Positions 37,548 through 47,206 of a stretch of DNA of 64,000 bases are shown here, one piece after another. A program made the translations under genes and the position numbers. Origin of the DNA: Candidatus Spongiisociaceae bacterium (lineage in GTDB: Bacteria; Actinomycetota; Acidimicrobiia; Spongiisociales; Spongiisociaceae); assembly GCA_965202665.1 (NCBI GenBank), contig OZ241841.1:96001-160000 (forward strand), in the 5' to 3' direction. Numbering within the stretch: position 1 is the first letter of the stretch; each line of letters begins with the position of its first letter. Under the pieces are notes generated by a model. The model worked only from the letters and a program-made list of their open reading frames with translations, was not told where the DNA came from and did no database searches.

Positions 37548-37643
37548 CGTACCATCTCCTTCAGTCTCCACGACGCAACCTGCGCCCACTCCGCCCGGAA
37601 CCAAACCCCGGCCCCGGTCGGCGTTTTCTCGCCTGTGGAGCAC

Positions 37644-37665
37644 AAGGTACGGACTGCCTGTGACA
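37644..37665 (-). promoter_or_regulatory. Proximal PafBC/RecA-NDp-type recA promoter
   Basis: Minus strand TGTCAC-aggcagtccg-TACCTT fits TGTCRn-N10-TAnnnT. Confidence 0.7.
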
Positions 37666-37837
37666 AAAACGGGGGAGGGCCGTTTCCCGACCCGTGCCCG
37701 CTTTGCTTACTCTCCTTCCTTCCGCCCGTCGGCAGGCCGCACCCGCCTTAAATTACACGGATGTTTTCAACATCCCCGGCAATTCGTCCTCGCGCCCTTC
37801 GGCGACGTGAAACCAATATGCCAAATTTCCGCGGCGA

Positions 37838-37866
37838 ATACTACCCGAACGTATGTTCGGTTACAA
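37838..37866 (-). promoter_or_regulatory. Distal LexA-repressed recA promoter
   Basis: Minus strand TTGTAA-17 nt-TAGTAT with SOS box CCGAACGTATGTTCGG (37845-37860) in the spacer. Confidence 0.85.
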
Positions 37867-37980
37867 GGATTTCGGTTCAGATGATGGCCTGGAAGGAGGC
37901 AAGGCCTTTGCCCGTATCCCGGAAACCTTTGTGGGGCAAGGGAATTCGTCGAGGAGGGGCGGTGCGGAACCCAGCGCGGA

Positions 37981-38580
37981 TTAGAGGGGGAAAGTTTCCA
38001 AAATTTCGTATCGGGCCGGTTTTCCGCCCAGGAAACTGCGGTACAGCGCCATCTCCCTCACCGTCATTTTGACGCCCAACCGGGCCTTGGCCGAGCCGGC
38101 TGGTTCGTCCCGGCCGACTGCGCCGGCCGCTCGCAGATCGGCGGGGGGGCGAATGCGGGCCAAAGTTACGTGCGGATGGAAGGGGCGTTCCTCCGGCGGG
38201 AGCCCGGCCGCCCGCGCCGCCTCCTCCGCTATCGCCGCCAACCGCTCCAAACCTTCCCGCCCTTCCTCCGCTCCCAGCCAGGCGACGGTCGCCCGGGACG
38301 GTTTCGGAAACGCCCCCAGCCCGCCCAACCTCGCGCTGAAAGGCGCGGGCTTTCCCGCCCGGTCCAAGGCGGCCAGCAGCCGCTCCGCAACCGGCCGCTC
38401 CACCTCCCCCGCGAAGCGCAGGGTGATATGGAAGTTTCCGACCGGAACCGGGCGGGCCGGGCCCGGCGAGGAGGAGGCGCCCGTCGGCAAACCCAGGCCG
38501 GAGCGCCATCGGTCGACGGCCATCTGAATCTCGTCGGGGACGGGGACGGCTGCGAACACCCGCAACCGGCCCTCACTCAT
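37981..38580 (-). CDS. thpR: RNA 2',3'-cyclic phosphodiesterase (2H family)
   Basis: Two HxT motifs (FHITLRF, FHPHVTLAR); cinA-thpR-recA synteny. Confidence 0.92.
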   Translation of the reverse strand: MSEGRLRVFAAVPVPDEIQMAVDRWRSGLGLPTGASSSPGPARPVPVGNFHITLRFAGEVERPVAERLLAALDRAGKPAPFSARLGGLGAFPKPSRATVAWLGAEEGREGLERLAAIAEEAARAAGLPPEERPFHPHVTLARIRPPADLRAAGAVGRDEPAGSAKARLGVKMTVREMALYRSFLGGKPARYEILETFPL

Positions 38581-39826
38581 CGGGCTTCCACCATTCCCCG
38601 ATCAGGGCCAGCCGCATCAACTGCAGGACGGCGGTGGCGGCGTAGGCCCGCACCCGTTCCCGGTCGCCGGGCAGTCGCAAAACCTTGGCGCGGACGTCCT
38701 GGGGGGTGCGCACCGCGACCACCACCGTCCCCGGCGGATGCTGCAGCGGCTCCGGGCCGGCCGAACCGGTCACCGCCGCCGCCGCGTCCGCCCCCAGCGC
38801 GCGGGCGGCCCCCTCCGCCATGGCCCGGGCGGTTTCCGGACTGACCGCCCCGTGCTCTTCCAGAACGGCGGGCGGTACACCCAACATCCCGATTTTCACC
38901 TGCGGGTGATAGGCGGCCACCCCGCCTCGGAACACCGCCGACGAACCGGGCGGTGCGCTCAACCGGGCGGCCACCATCCCCGAAGTCACCGACTCCGCCA
39001 CCCCGATCGTCCATCCCCGGCGGGCCGCCTCCTCCAAGATGATCCCTTCGATGGTCTGCTCGTCGGCGGCGAACACGGAGTTTCCCAGCCGGCGCCGCAC
39101 TTCGGCCTCCACCGGGGCGATCATCGCCCGGGCCCGCTCCTCGTCGGGGGCTTTGGCGGAAATGCGCACTTTCACCTCCCCGGCGGAGGCCAGATAGGCC
39201 AGGGACGGGTTGGCCCCCTCGTGGTAGATGTCGTCCAGGATTTCCGCCACCGCCGACTCGCCCCTCCCCCAGGTGCGCAACATGCGGCTCACCAGCGCCC
39301 CGCTCTCCCCCGACTCCGCGGCCAGGACGCCGACCGCGCCGTCCTCGAACATGCGGCGCATTTCGGCGGGCACTCCGGGCAGGGCGATGATCAGGATCCC
39401 CTCATGGCGGACCACCAAACCGGGGGCGGTGCCCCGGGAGTTGGGCAGCAGTTGCGCCCCCGCGGGATGTTCCGCCTGGCGGAGATTGTTGTCCGGGAAG
39501 GGACGCCCCAGTTTCCGCCAGCGGGCCGCCATTTCATCGGCGTATTCCCGGTTGTAAACCATTTCCAGTCCGGCGGCGGCGCAGATGGCCTCCCTGGTGG
39601 CGTCGTCGGGGGTGGGGCCCAGGCCGCCGGTGATCAGCACCGCGTCCGCCCGGGCGGCGGCGGCGCGGATGGCGTCCGTCATCCGTTGGTGGTTGTCGCC
39701 CACCGCCGTCTGATAGTGGGCGTCGTAGCCCAGCTCGGCCAGCCGGTCCCCCAGGTAGGCGCAGTTGGTGTTGACGGTCTGGCCCAGTAGCAGTTCGGTT
39801 CCCACCGCCACGATTTCCACGATCAT
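38573..39826 (-). CDS. cinA: Competence/damage-inducible protein CinA (NMN deamidase)
   Basis: VGTELLLG, TGGLGPT.DD.T, LPGVPAEM, AESVTSG, VTGSAGP. Confidence 0.95.
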   Translation of the reverse strand: MIVEIVAVGTELLLGQTVNTNCAYLGDRLAELGYDAHYQTAVGDNHQRMTDAIRAAAARADAVLITGGLGPTPDDATREAICAAAGLEMVYNREYADEMAARWRKLGRPFPDNNLRQAEHPAGAQLLPNSRGTAPGLVVRHEGILIIALPGVPAEMRRMFEDGAVGVLAAESGESGALVSRMLRTWGRGESAVAEILDDIYHEGANPSLAYLASAGEVKVRISAKAPDEERARAMIAPVEAEVRRRLGNSVFAADEQTIEGIILEEAARRGWTIGVAESVTSGMVAARLSAPPGSSAVFRGGVAAYHPQVKIGMLGVPPAVLEEHGAVSPETARAMAEGAARALGADAAAAVTGSAGPEPLQHPPGTVVVAVRTPQDVRAKVLRLPGDRERVRAYAATAVLQLMRLALIGEWWKPDE

Positions 39827-41238
39827 CAGGATCCTCCGCTCGCTTGGAAGGCGGGGGGCGGGGCGGCGGCTTGGATGACCGACAGCGTCCGGGCCGCCTG
39901 GTCGGTTTCGTAGGAGCCGGTGATTTCCGCCCGCACCCACTCCCCCGGCCGCCCCTCGTCCAGGCAAATCAGGCCGTCTATGTCGGGGGCCTGCCGGTGC
40001 GAGCGCCCCACCGGAACGCCGTCTTCCACCTGATCCACCAGCACCTCGTGTATTTCCCCCACCGCGGCCGCGTTGCGGTCGGCGGTGATGCGGTCTTGGA
40101 CGGCGGACAGTTCCCGGATGCGGGCCGCCGTCTCCTCCGGCTCCGCCCGGCCTTCCATTTCCACGGCGTCGGTGCCCGGTTCGGGGGAATAAGGGAAAAA
40201 CCCGGCCCAGTCCAACCGGGCTTCGGCCAGGAACCCGGCCAACTCGTCCACTTCGGCGGCGGTTTCCCCCGGATAGCCGACGATGAAGGAGGAACGCAGG
40301 GCGGCGGCGGGGGCGGCTTCCCGGATGCGCCCGATCAGTTTGAGGTGGCTGTAGGGGCTCCCCGGCCGGCGCATGGTCCGCAACAGGCGGCGGGAGGCGT
40401 GCTGCAGACTCAAATCGAAGTAGGGGGCGATGACCGGGTTGGCGGCCATCTCTTCGATGAGGGCGGGGCGGATTTCGGTCGGATACAGGTAGAGGAGGCG
40501 CAGGCGGCGCAGGCCGTCGACGTCGCTTATGAAACGGAGCAGGTCGACGATGGTATGGCCGGGCCGGGAGGCGGCGGTCAGATCCCGCCCGTAGGCGGCC
40601 AAATCTTGGGCGACCAGCACGATCTCCGACGCTCCCCCCTCCCCCAGGGAGGCGATTTCCCGGCGGATGTCGATGGGGCGGCGGGAACGTTGCGGGCCGC
40701 GGATGAGGGGGATGGCGCAGAAGGCGCAGGTTTTGTCGCACCCTTCGGCTATTTTCACGTAGGCGTAGGGCAAGGAGGGGGCGGGGCGGTTGGTCATTTC
40801 CAAAATGTCCATTTGCGGGCGGCGGGGGCCGAGGCGCACCGGCTCCCAGCCGGTCAGGCCGTCCAGCAGGCCGACCAGTTCCCCGTAGCGGTCCAGGCCG
40901 ACCACCGCGTCCGCCTCTTCGCGCAGGGCCTCCGTCAGTTCGGCCCCGAACCGCTGCGCCATGCATCCCATGACCACCAGGCGGGCCGAGTCGGTTTTGG
41001 CGGCGTGGGCGTCCAGAATGGTTTCCACCGATTCCCGCCGGGCGTCTTCTATGAAGGCGCAGGTGTTGATCATCACCACATCGGCGGTTTCCAGGTCGGC
41101 CCCGGCCCGGTAGCCGGCTTGGGCGAGCGCGGCGGCCACCTTGTCGGAGTCCACCTGGTTTTTGGGGCATCCCAGGGTGGTGATGTGCACGCGGGGGGCG
41201 AGGTCGGATTCGGCGGCGGCCGGGACGGGGAAGGGCAT
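39826..41238 (-). CDS. rimO: Ribosomal protein S12 methylthiotransferase
   Basis: LGCPKNQVDS, EGCDKTCAFC, LYLYP, APDIDG. Confidence 0.96.
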   Translation of the reverse strand: MPFPVPAAAESDLAPRVHITTLGCPKNQVDSDKVAAALAQAGYRAGADLETADVVMINTCAFIEDARRESVETILDAHAAKTDSARLVVMGCMAQRFGAELTEALREEADAVVGLDRYGELVGLLDGLTGWEPVRLGPRRPQMDILEMTNRPAPSLPYAYVKIAEGCDKTCAFCAIPLIRGPQRSRRPIDIRREIASLGEGGASEIVLVAQDLAAYGRDLTAASRPGHTIVDLLRFISDVDGLRRLRLLYLYPTEIRPALIEEMAANPVIAPYFDLSLQHASRRLLRTMRRPGSPYSHLKLIGRIREAAPAAALRSSFIVGYPGETAAEVDELAGFLAEARLDWAGFFPYSPEPGTDAVEMEGRAEPEETAARIRELSAVQDRITADRNAAAVGEIHEVLVDQVEDGVPVGRSHRQAPDIDGLICLDEGRPGEWVRAEITGSYETDQAARTLSVIQAAAPPPAFQASGGS

Positions 41239-41303
41239 GCCGGCCAGTCTAAATAGTTCAGCGGGGAATGCGGGGGCGGCGGCGGCGGCGGCGGCCGTCT
41301 CCC

Positions 41304-42362
41304 TTAAATCTCGGAGAAGAAATAGCGGCGGATGACGTCCAGGCGGTGGTCGAATCCGTCGGGGTGCAGATACCAGAGGGTGGCGGCCACGGTGGACAGC
41401 ATCGGGTTGCCGTCCTGGGGGGTGAAGCAGAATCCGACCACCCGCCGCCCGTCGCGCACCGCCAGGGTTTCCACCGGCACCACCGTCTGGCTGAGAATGC
41501 GCCCGTAGTAGCCGTGGTCGCGCCCGAAGGAGAAGATGCGCCCCGCGGAACGTTTGTAGGTGAGCGCCACCCGGGGATTGGCGGCCAGTTTGTCAACGGC
41601 CCGCTCAACGGTTACGTCGTGGTCCAGCCGGATGTCGAAGTGGAGGGTGTGCATGTATTGGCTGTTTATTTTGAGAGCGGAGGAAAACAGGTCCAGGTCG
41701 TGGCCGAGCGTCTGAAAAAGATGATGGGCGTCGCGGGCGTGATGGGTGCCGAAGCGCTCCTCTTTGTGGGTTTCCACGGTGGGGCCGGGCACGAACCCCC
41801 TGTCCTGGCTGATGTCGTTGGCCCGCCTGATGCACAGGAAGGAGCCGTTGACGATGCGGGAGGAGCCGTCCGGGTCGAAACCGAGGGTTTTGAGGAGAAC
41901 GGCGATGTTGTGCGTGTTGCAGGACACGATGTGGATGAAGCGGTCCCGGTCGCGGTCCAGGGCTTGGTCGTTTATGCCCCGGGCGTACATTTTGCCGAAA
42001 CCGAATTCGGAGCCCTGGGCGAGGAAGCCCGCCACCTGGGGGGCGTTCACATAGTGGAGGGCCTTGTTTTCGTTGCCGGAGGGAGTGCAGTCGACGACCA
42101 CCGAGGCCCGCTCCAGGGCTTCCCGGGAGTCGTATTTGGGAGCGTGCCCCAGTTCCTCGAACCCCGCCCACCGGTCGGCGTCCACCGCCAGACGCGCCCC
42201 CCGTTGCACCAGGTCGTTGACCTTCCCCCGCTCGTCCAAAAGCGGCGTGCGCTTGTGAAAGGTAACCTCGTCGATCCCGAACGTCCGGTGGTGATCCGCC
42301 AGCAACCCGATCAGCGGCTCCCCGATGGTCCCGGTCCCGACAATGTGAACAATGTTTCCCAT
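41304..42362 (-). CDS. Archaeal-type (class II) glyceraldehyde-3-phosphate dehydrogenase-like protein
   Basis: VGTGTIG Rossmann start, VVDCTP, QGSE, IVSCNTH (catalytic Cys), RRAND, THHARD, YMH: the motif order of class II GAPDH. Confidence 0.75.
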   Translation of the reverse strand: MGNIVHIVGTGTIGEPLIGLLADHHRTFGIDEVTFHKRTPLLDERGKVNDLVQRGARLAVDADRWAGFEELGHAPKYDSREALERASVVVDCTPSGNENKALHYVNAPQVAGFLAQGSEFGFGKMYARGINDQALDRDRDRFIHIVSCNTHNIAVLLKTLGFDPDGSSRIVNGSFLCIRRANDISQDRGFVPGPTVETHKEERFGTHHARDAHHLFQTLGHDLDLFSSALKINSQYMHTLHFDIRLDHDVTVERAVDKLAANPRVALTYKRSAGRIFSFGRDHGYYGRILSQTVVPVETLAVRDGRRVVGFCFTPQDGNPMLSTVAATLWYLHPDGFDHRLDVIRRYFFSEI

Positions 42363-42501
42363 AGCCCTCCTCCGCCCCCATCCTACCCTCCCCCGCCCGA
42401 CTCGCGCGGCACCGTCCGATTAGCGTTACCCCGCTGGGCTTGGTAACCTGTAGCTTGGAGGGCTCACGACGGGCACCGGGAGGCAGAAAGGGAGGCACGC
42501 G

Positions 42502-43719
42502 ATGGATGGCAAAAGGTTCATCCGAACCATCCGCTTGGAGAACATCCTTTCCTACGGTCCGGACAGGACCGAGTTAGAACTGCAACCGTTGAATGTACTG
42601 ATTGGCCCCAACGCCTCCGGCAAATCCAATCTGATCGAGGCTCTGTCGCTACTTGAATCCGCTCCTGGCAATCTGCAAAGGCCCATAGAAATGGGAGGTG
42701 GTATTAGAGAATGGTTATGGAAAGGACAGGACGATTTACCTATTGCTACGATAGAAGTTACCGTAGAACATCCCAACCAACTTTCGGATATTCGATATAA
42801 ACTATCATTTTCAGAGACAAATCTGGGAGGTTTTAAATTGCAAGACGAAACAATAGAAGGAACAAAAAACAAAAATAAAAACGGAGAACCACCCTTTTAT
42901 TATCAATACAATGAAGGCAAATCAGTGCTTTATTCTAAAGATATTTCAAAAAAATCAAAATGGAAGCAAAGGAGTTTGGAAATAGATTTAAGTTTCGAAC
43001 AATCCATTCTATCTCAGTTTCGTGACCCGGTGGTGTTTCCAGAGCTTGATTACTTGAGTGATCAATTTAAAAGTATATGGTTTTACCGTGAATGGGACCT
43101 TGGACACTATAAACCACCCCGTATCCCTCTACCAATTGATTTTCCCGTATCCTATCTATTCGAAGATGCTTCTAATCTTAGTTTAGTTTTAAGTACTCTA
43201 TTAAAAAACCCTGAACTAAAAGAAAAAATTATTAATTATATGAAGATTTTTTATCCAAATAGCACCGATATCGGTTTTGAAGTAAAAAGTGGAGGTGTTC
43301 TCATGCACTTACATGAACGAGGTCTGAGACATCGAGTTCCGGCGACTAGATTATCAGATGGAACTCTACGCTTTCTCTGCTTACTAACTATCTTATTGCA
43401 TCCTGATCCACCATCCATAATCTGTATAGAAGAACCAGAAGGCGGCTTACATCCGGATATTATTCCGGAAGTAGGAAAACTGCTAGTTGATGCATCATCT
43501 CGTAGTCAGATTATTGTTACCACTCATTCCGATATTCTAGTTGATGCCTTATCCGATTTTCCAGAATCGATTATCGTCTGCGAAAAACCCGAAATATCTA
43601 CTCAATTGCAACGATTAGATCGAGAAGAAATCGAAAAGTGGCTCAGCGCATACCGTGGAAAAGAAAACCAACTTGGAACAATGTGGACAAATGGAGAAAT
43701 AGGGGGAAACCGATGGTAA
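42502..43719 (+). CDS. ABC/AAA_21-type ATPase
   Basis: NVLIGPNASGKSN Walker A, LSDGTLR signature, IEEPEGGLHP Walker B/D-loop, QIIVTTHS; AT-rich. Confidence 0.92.
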   Translation: MDGKRFIRTIRLENILSYGPDRTELELQPLNVLIGPNASGKSNLIEALSLLESAPGNLQRPIEMGGGIREWLWKGQDDLPIATIEVTVEHPNQLSDIRYKLSFSETNLGGFKLQDETIEGTKNKNKNGEPPFYYQYNEGKSVLYSKDISKKSKWKQRSLEIDLSFEQSILSQFRDPVVFPELDYLSDQFKSIWFYREWDLGHYKPPRIPLPIDFPVSYLFEDASNLSLVLSTLLKNPELKEKIINYMKIFYPNSTDIGFEVKSGGVLMHLHERGLRHRVPATRLSDGTLRFLCLLTILLHPDPPSIICIEEPEGGLHPDIIPEVGKLLVDASSRSQIIVTTHSDILVDALSDFPESIIVCEKPEISTQLQRLDREEIEKWLSAYRGKENQLGTMWTNGEIGGNRW

Positions 43720-44312
43720 ATCGAATTATATGTATCGAGGGTGGAGGCCAGGGTAAGGGAGCGAGCATCGCTCACCGTAAAGGCTTTGTATCTTTTGTAA
43801 AGAGGGCTGGTTTGCAAGGAAAAATGCCCAAAATTGTACTCTGTGGTAGTCGCTACAAAGCGTACAGTAAGTTCAAAAAGGAGAGTGAGTATAGTCAAGA
43901 TGTTATACTCCTCGTTGATGCTGAGGCAACAGTTGCTACTAACCAACCGTGGGAACACCTTAAGAAAGAAGATGGGTGGGAACGCCCTGATGGTACTACC
44001 GACGAGCAATGTCATCTTATGGTTCAAATTATGGAATCCTGGTTTCTGGCGGACAAGCAAGCACTAGCAAAATATTACGGACGCCAGTTTAATAGGAGTG
44101 CACTTCCAAAAAATCAAAATATTGAAGAAATTTCTAAAGTAGATGTAGAAGAAGGATTAAAGCAAGCAACTAAAAAAACTCAAAAAGGTGAATACAGTAA
44201 GGGATCACACAGTTTTAAGATTTTAGCACTATTAGATCCTGAAAAAGTACGAAAGGCCTCCCCATATGCAGACCGCTTTATCAAAACATTGTTAGGGCAA
44301 AGCAATGCCTGA
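43713..44312 (+). CDS. DUF4276-family (TOPRIM-like) protein
   Basis: [39 protein letters not shown]; overlaps both the ATPase stop and the hsdM start. Confidence 0.82.
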   Translation: MVNRIICIEGGGQGKGASIAHRKGFVSFVKRAGLQGKMPKIVLCGSRYKAYSKFKKESEYSQDVILLVDAEATVATNQPWEHLKKEDGWERPDGTTDEQCHLMVQIMESWFLADKQALAKYYGRQFNRSALPKNQNIEEISKVDVEEGLKQATKKTQKGEYSKGSHSFKILALLDPEKVRKASPYADRFIKTLLGQSNA

Positions 44313-45884
44313 TAGCGGAGCTACTATCGGGTATGAGGCTGAGCTTTGGGATATGGCGAACAGTCTGCGAGGGAGTATAGATGCCGCTGAGTATAAGCAT
44401 GTGGTGCTGGGATTGATTTTTCTCAAGTATGTGTCGGACGCATTTGAGGAACTACGCAAACAGTTGCTAAAGGAGCCCGAGGCGGACCCAGAAGATCCGG
44501 AAGAATACATCGCTCAGCGGGTGTTCTGGGTGTCGCCTGCGGCACGATGGGAACTTTTACAGGGCGAGGCCAAACAATCTGACATCGGCCAGCTGGTGGA
44601 TAGAGCGATGGATGCCATCGAACGGTACAACCCCGCTCTCAAAGGCGTACTACCCAAGGAATATGCTCGGCAATCCCTAGAACCAAAAAGTCTTGGCCAG
44701 CTGATTGACATGATTAGCAACATCAAAGTGGGAGATAAAGAATCCCGTTCCAAAGACGTACTAGGCCGCATTTACGAGTACTTTCTGTCACAATTTGCCG
44801 GGGCTGAAGGCAAAAAAGGTGGCGAGTTCTACACCCCGCGTTGTGTGGTGAAACTGCTAGTGGAAATGATCGAACCCTACCAAGGCCAAGTGTATGATCC
44901 CTGTTGCGGCTCCTCAGGTATGTTCGTGCAATCAAAAGAATTTATTGAAGCACATGCTACTGGCAACGGGAACGGTGGTTTCCAAACTCAGCACCTGACA
45001 CTCCAATCTATGGGCAAGAATCCAACTATACCACCTGGAGAATGGCCAAAATGAATCTGGCGATTAGAGGCATCGACTCTTCTCAAATCTTTCATGGAAA
45101 TACTTTTCACGACGATAAACACCCAGACCTAAAAGCCGATTATATACTTGCCAACCCTCCATTCAATATCTCTGAGTGGGGTGGTAAAAGTTTAAAGGAT
45201 GATCCACGCTGGAAATTCGCCCCCCCCCCCCCTAAAAATGCGAATTTTGCTTGGGTCCAACACATTATACACCATCTCAGCCCAAACGGCGTAGCCGGAT
45301 TTGTTCTCGCTAATGGATCAATGACATCTCGACAAAATAACGAGGGGGAAATCCGAAAAAAGATAATAGAAGAAAGATTAGTTGATTGTATGGTTGCTCT
45401 CCCAGGGCAACTTTTTTATTCCACTCAAATTCCGGCTTGCCTTTGGTTTATTGCACGCAACAGGGCAAATGGAAAATTCAGAAATAGAATAAACGAGATA
45501 TTATTTATCAGTGCTAGCAAAATGGGACAAATGGTTAGCCGAACTCATCGAGAACTAACAAACGAAGAAATAAAACAAATAGCAAAGACATATCATGCTT
45601 GGCGTGGAGAAAATTATATAGATGAATATAATGATATACCAGGATTTTGCAAGAGTGCTACCATAGAAGAGGTACGTCAATACGATTATATGCTAACCCC
45701 TGGCAGGTATGTTGGAGTAGAGTTACAAAGAGAAGATGATGAAATCTTTGAAGACAAAATGTCGCGATTATCAACACAGTGGTTTCAATCTAGTAGAGAG
45801 GCGAAGGAGATAGACCAACTTATATCATCCAATCTGGGAAAACTAGGTTTTACTTCTAGACAGGAAAATGAGGATCCGCTATGA
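44305..45884 (+). pseudogene. hsdM: Type I R-M methyltransferase HsdM, split by a frameshift (ORFs 44305-45054 and 45042-45884)
   Basis: [19 protein letters not shown] and [10 protein letters not shown] in the first frame; [17 protein letters not shown] and LTPGRY in the -1 frame; shift between ~44975 and 45006. Confidence 0.85.
45220..45232. repeat. C13 homopolymer tract inside hsdM
   Basis: ttcg-CCCCCCCCCCCCC-taaaaat, in frame as A-P-P-P-P, within otherwise AT-rich DNA. Confidence 0.9.
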
Positions 45885-47206
45885 TAAACGAAAATTGGAT
45901 AAAGACCACTTTAGGCGAATGCGCGATTATAAACGAACGCACATATCGTCCAAGCGAGCAATGGCCGTTTGTCAACTACCTTGAGACTGGTCAAATAACC
46001 GATAATAGAATTTCTGGTATCCACCATTTTGATGCCAGCAAAGACAAAATACCATCCCGTGCTCGCCGAAAAGTACGGCCGGGCGATATCGTTTATTCCA
46101 CGGTCATAGCAAATAAAAATAATTTCGGCATCATCAAAAAGGTATTTGACAACTTCTTAGTTTCCACTGCTTTTGCCGTAATACGCGGAAAGCCATACAT
46201 AGCAGACACACCATATATTTACTATTATATTACTCAAAAAAATATAAGAAATTACTTTCATACGTTAGCCCAGCAAAGCTCGTCAGTAATACCTGCATTA
46301 CAAATTAGAGACCTTGAGGAACTGCAAATACCACTGCCCCCAATCGAACAACAACAATCTATCATTCATATTCTGGAAACTTTTGACAACAAAATACACT
46401 TGAATCAGCAAATGAACAGAACTTTGGAGGAGATATCTAGGGCATTGTTTAAATCGTGGTTTGTTGATTTTGATCCAGTTCGGGCTAAAATGGACGGTAG
46501 CTGGCAACCCGACCAATCACTCCCCGGTTTACCCGCAGAACTCTACGATCTCTTCCCCGATCGCCTTTTACCCTCTAAACTGGGTGAGCAACCAGAGGGA
46601 TGGGATATAGTAACAATAGGAGATATATCAACCATTGTCGGCGGTGCTACACCCAGTACTAGCCAACACATTTTTTGGGAAGACGGCCACCATCCCTGGG
46701 TCACCCCCAAAGATGTCTCTGCGCTTTCTACTCCAGTTCTCCTGACAACCTCTCGTAAAATAACTGATGCTGGATTAGAATGTATAAGTTCAGGACTTTT
46801 ACCTCAAGGTACAGTACTAATGTCTTCGAGAGCTCCAATAGGATATTTAGCTATAACTGAAATACCTTTAGCTATCAATCAAGGATTCATTGCCATATTA
46901 CCTAACAAAAATATATCAAACTTATTTTTTCTTTACTGGTGTGAATATAATATATCGCATATAATTAATTATGCCAACGGTTCTACGTTTCTTGAAATAA
47001 ATAAGAGAAATTTTAGGAACATTAATCTATCATTACCTATACGACCTATCTTAAAAATTTACGATGAAATAGTAAGAAATTTATATGAACAAATGAAGTC
47101 AAATGAAATAGAAAATATACTCCTCGTAAACATGCGCGATGCTCTTTTGCCGAAATTGTTGTCGGGGGAAATTCGGGTTGAGGATTTGGAAGGGGTTTTG
47201 GGATGA
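45881..47206 (+). CDS. hsdS: Type I R-M specificity subunit
   Basis: Two TRDs and conserved regions ([33 protein letters not shown]); ATGA overlaps at both ends. Confidence 0.95.
   Translation: MINENWIKTTLGECAIINERTYRPSEQWPFVNYLETGQITDNRISGIHHFDASKDKIPSRARRKVRPGDIVYSTVIANKNNFGIIKKVFDNFLVSTAFAVIRGKPYIADTPYIYYYITQKNIRNYFHTLAQQSSSVIPALQIRDLEELQIPLPPIEQQQSIIHILETFDNKIHLNQQMNRTLEEISRALFKSWFVDFDPVRAKMDGSWQPDQSLPGLPAELYDLFPDRLLPSKLGEQPEGWDIVTIGDISTIVGGATPSTSQHIFWEDGHHPWVTPKDVSALSTPVLLTTSRKITDAGLECISSGLLPQGTVLMSSRAPIGYLAITEIPLAINQGFIAILPNKNISNLFFLYWCEYNISHIINYANGSTFLEINKRNFRNINLSLPIRPILKIYDEIVRNLYEQMKSNEIENILLVNMRDALLPKLLSGEIRVEDLEGVLG

Noticed and set aside
7932-41170. Apparent long N-terminal extensions or fusions on tgt (633 aa), tadB/tadC, lexA, miaA (667 aa) and cinA (865 aa)
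   Set aside because: The extensions overlap upstream genes or promoters in another frame; real starts sit at or near the upstream stop codons.
44960-45010. Programmed -1 ribosomal frameshift in hsdM
   Set aside because: No X-XXY-YYZ slippery heptamer or stimulatory hairpin is visible in the interval where the shift must occur.
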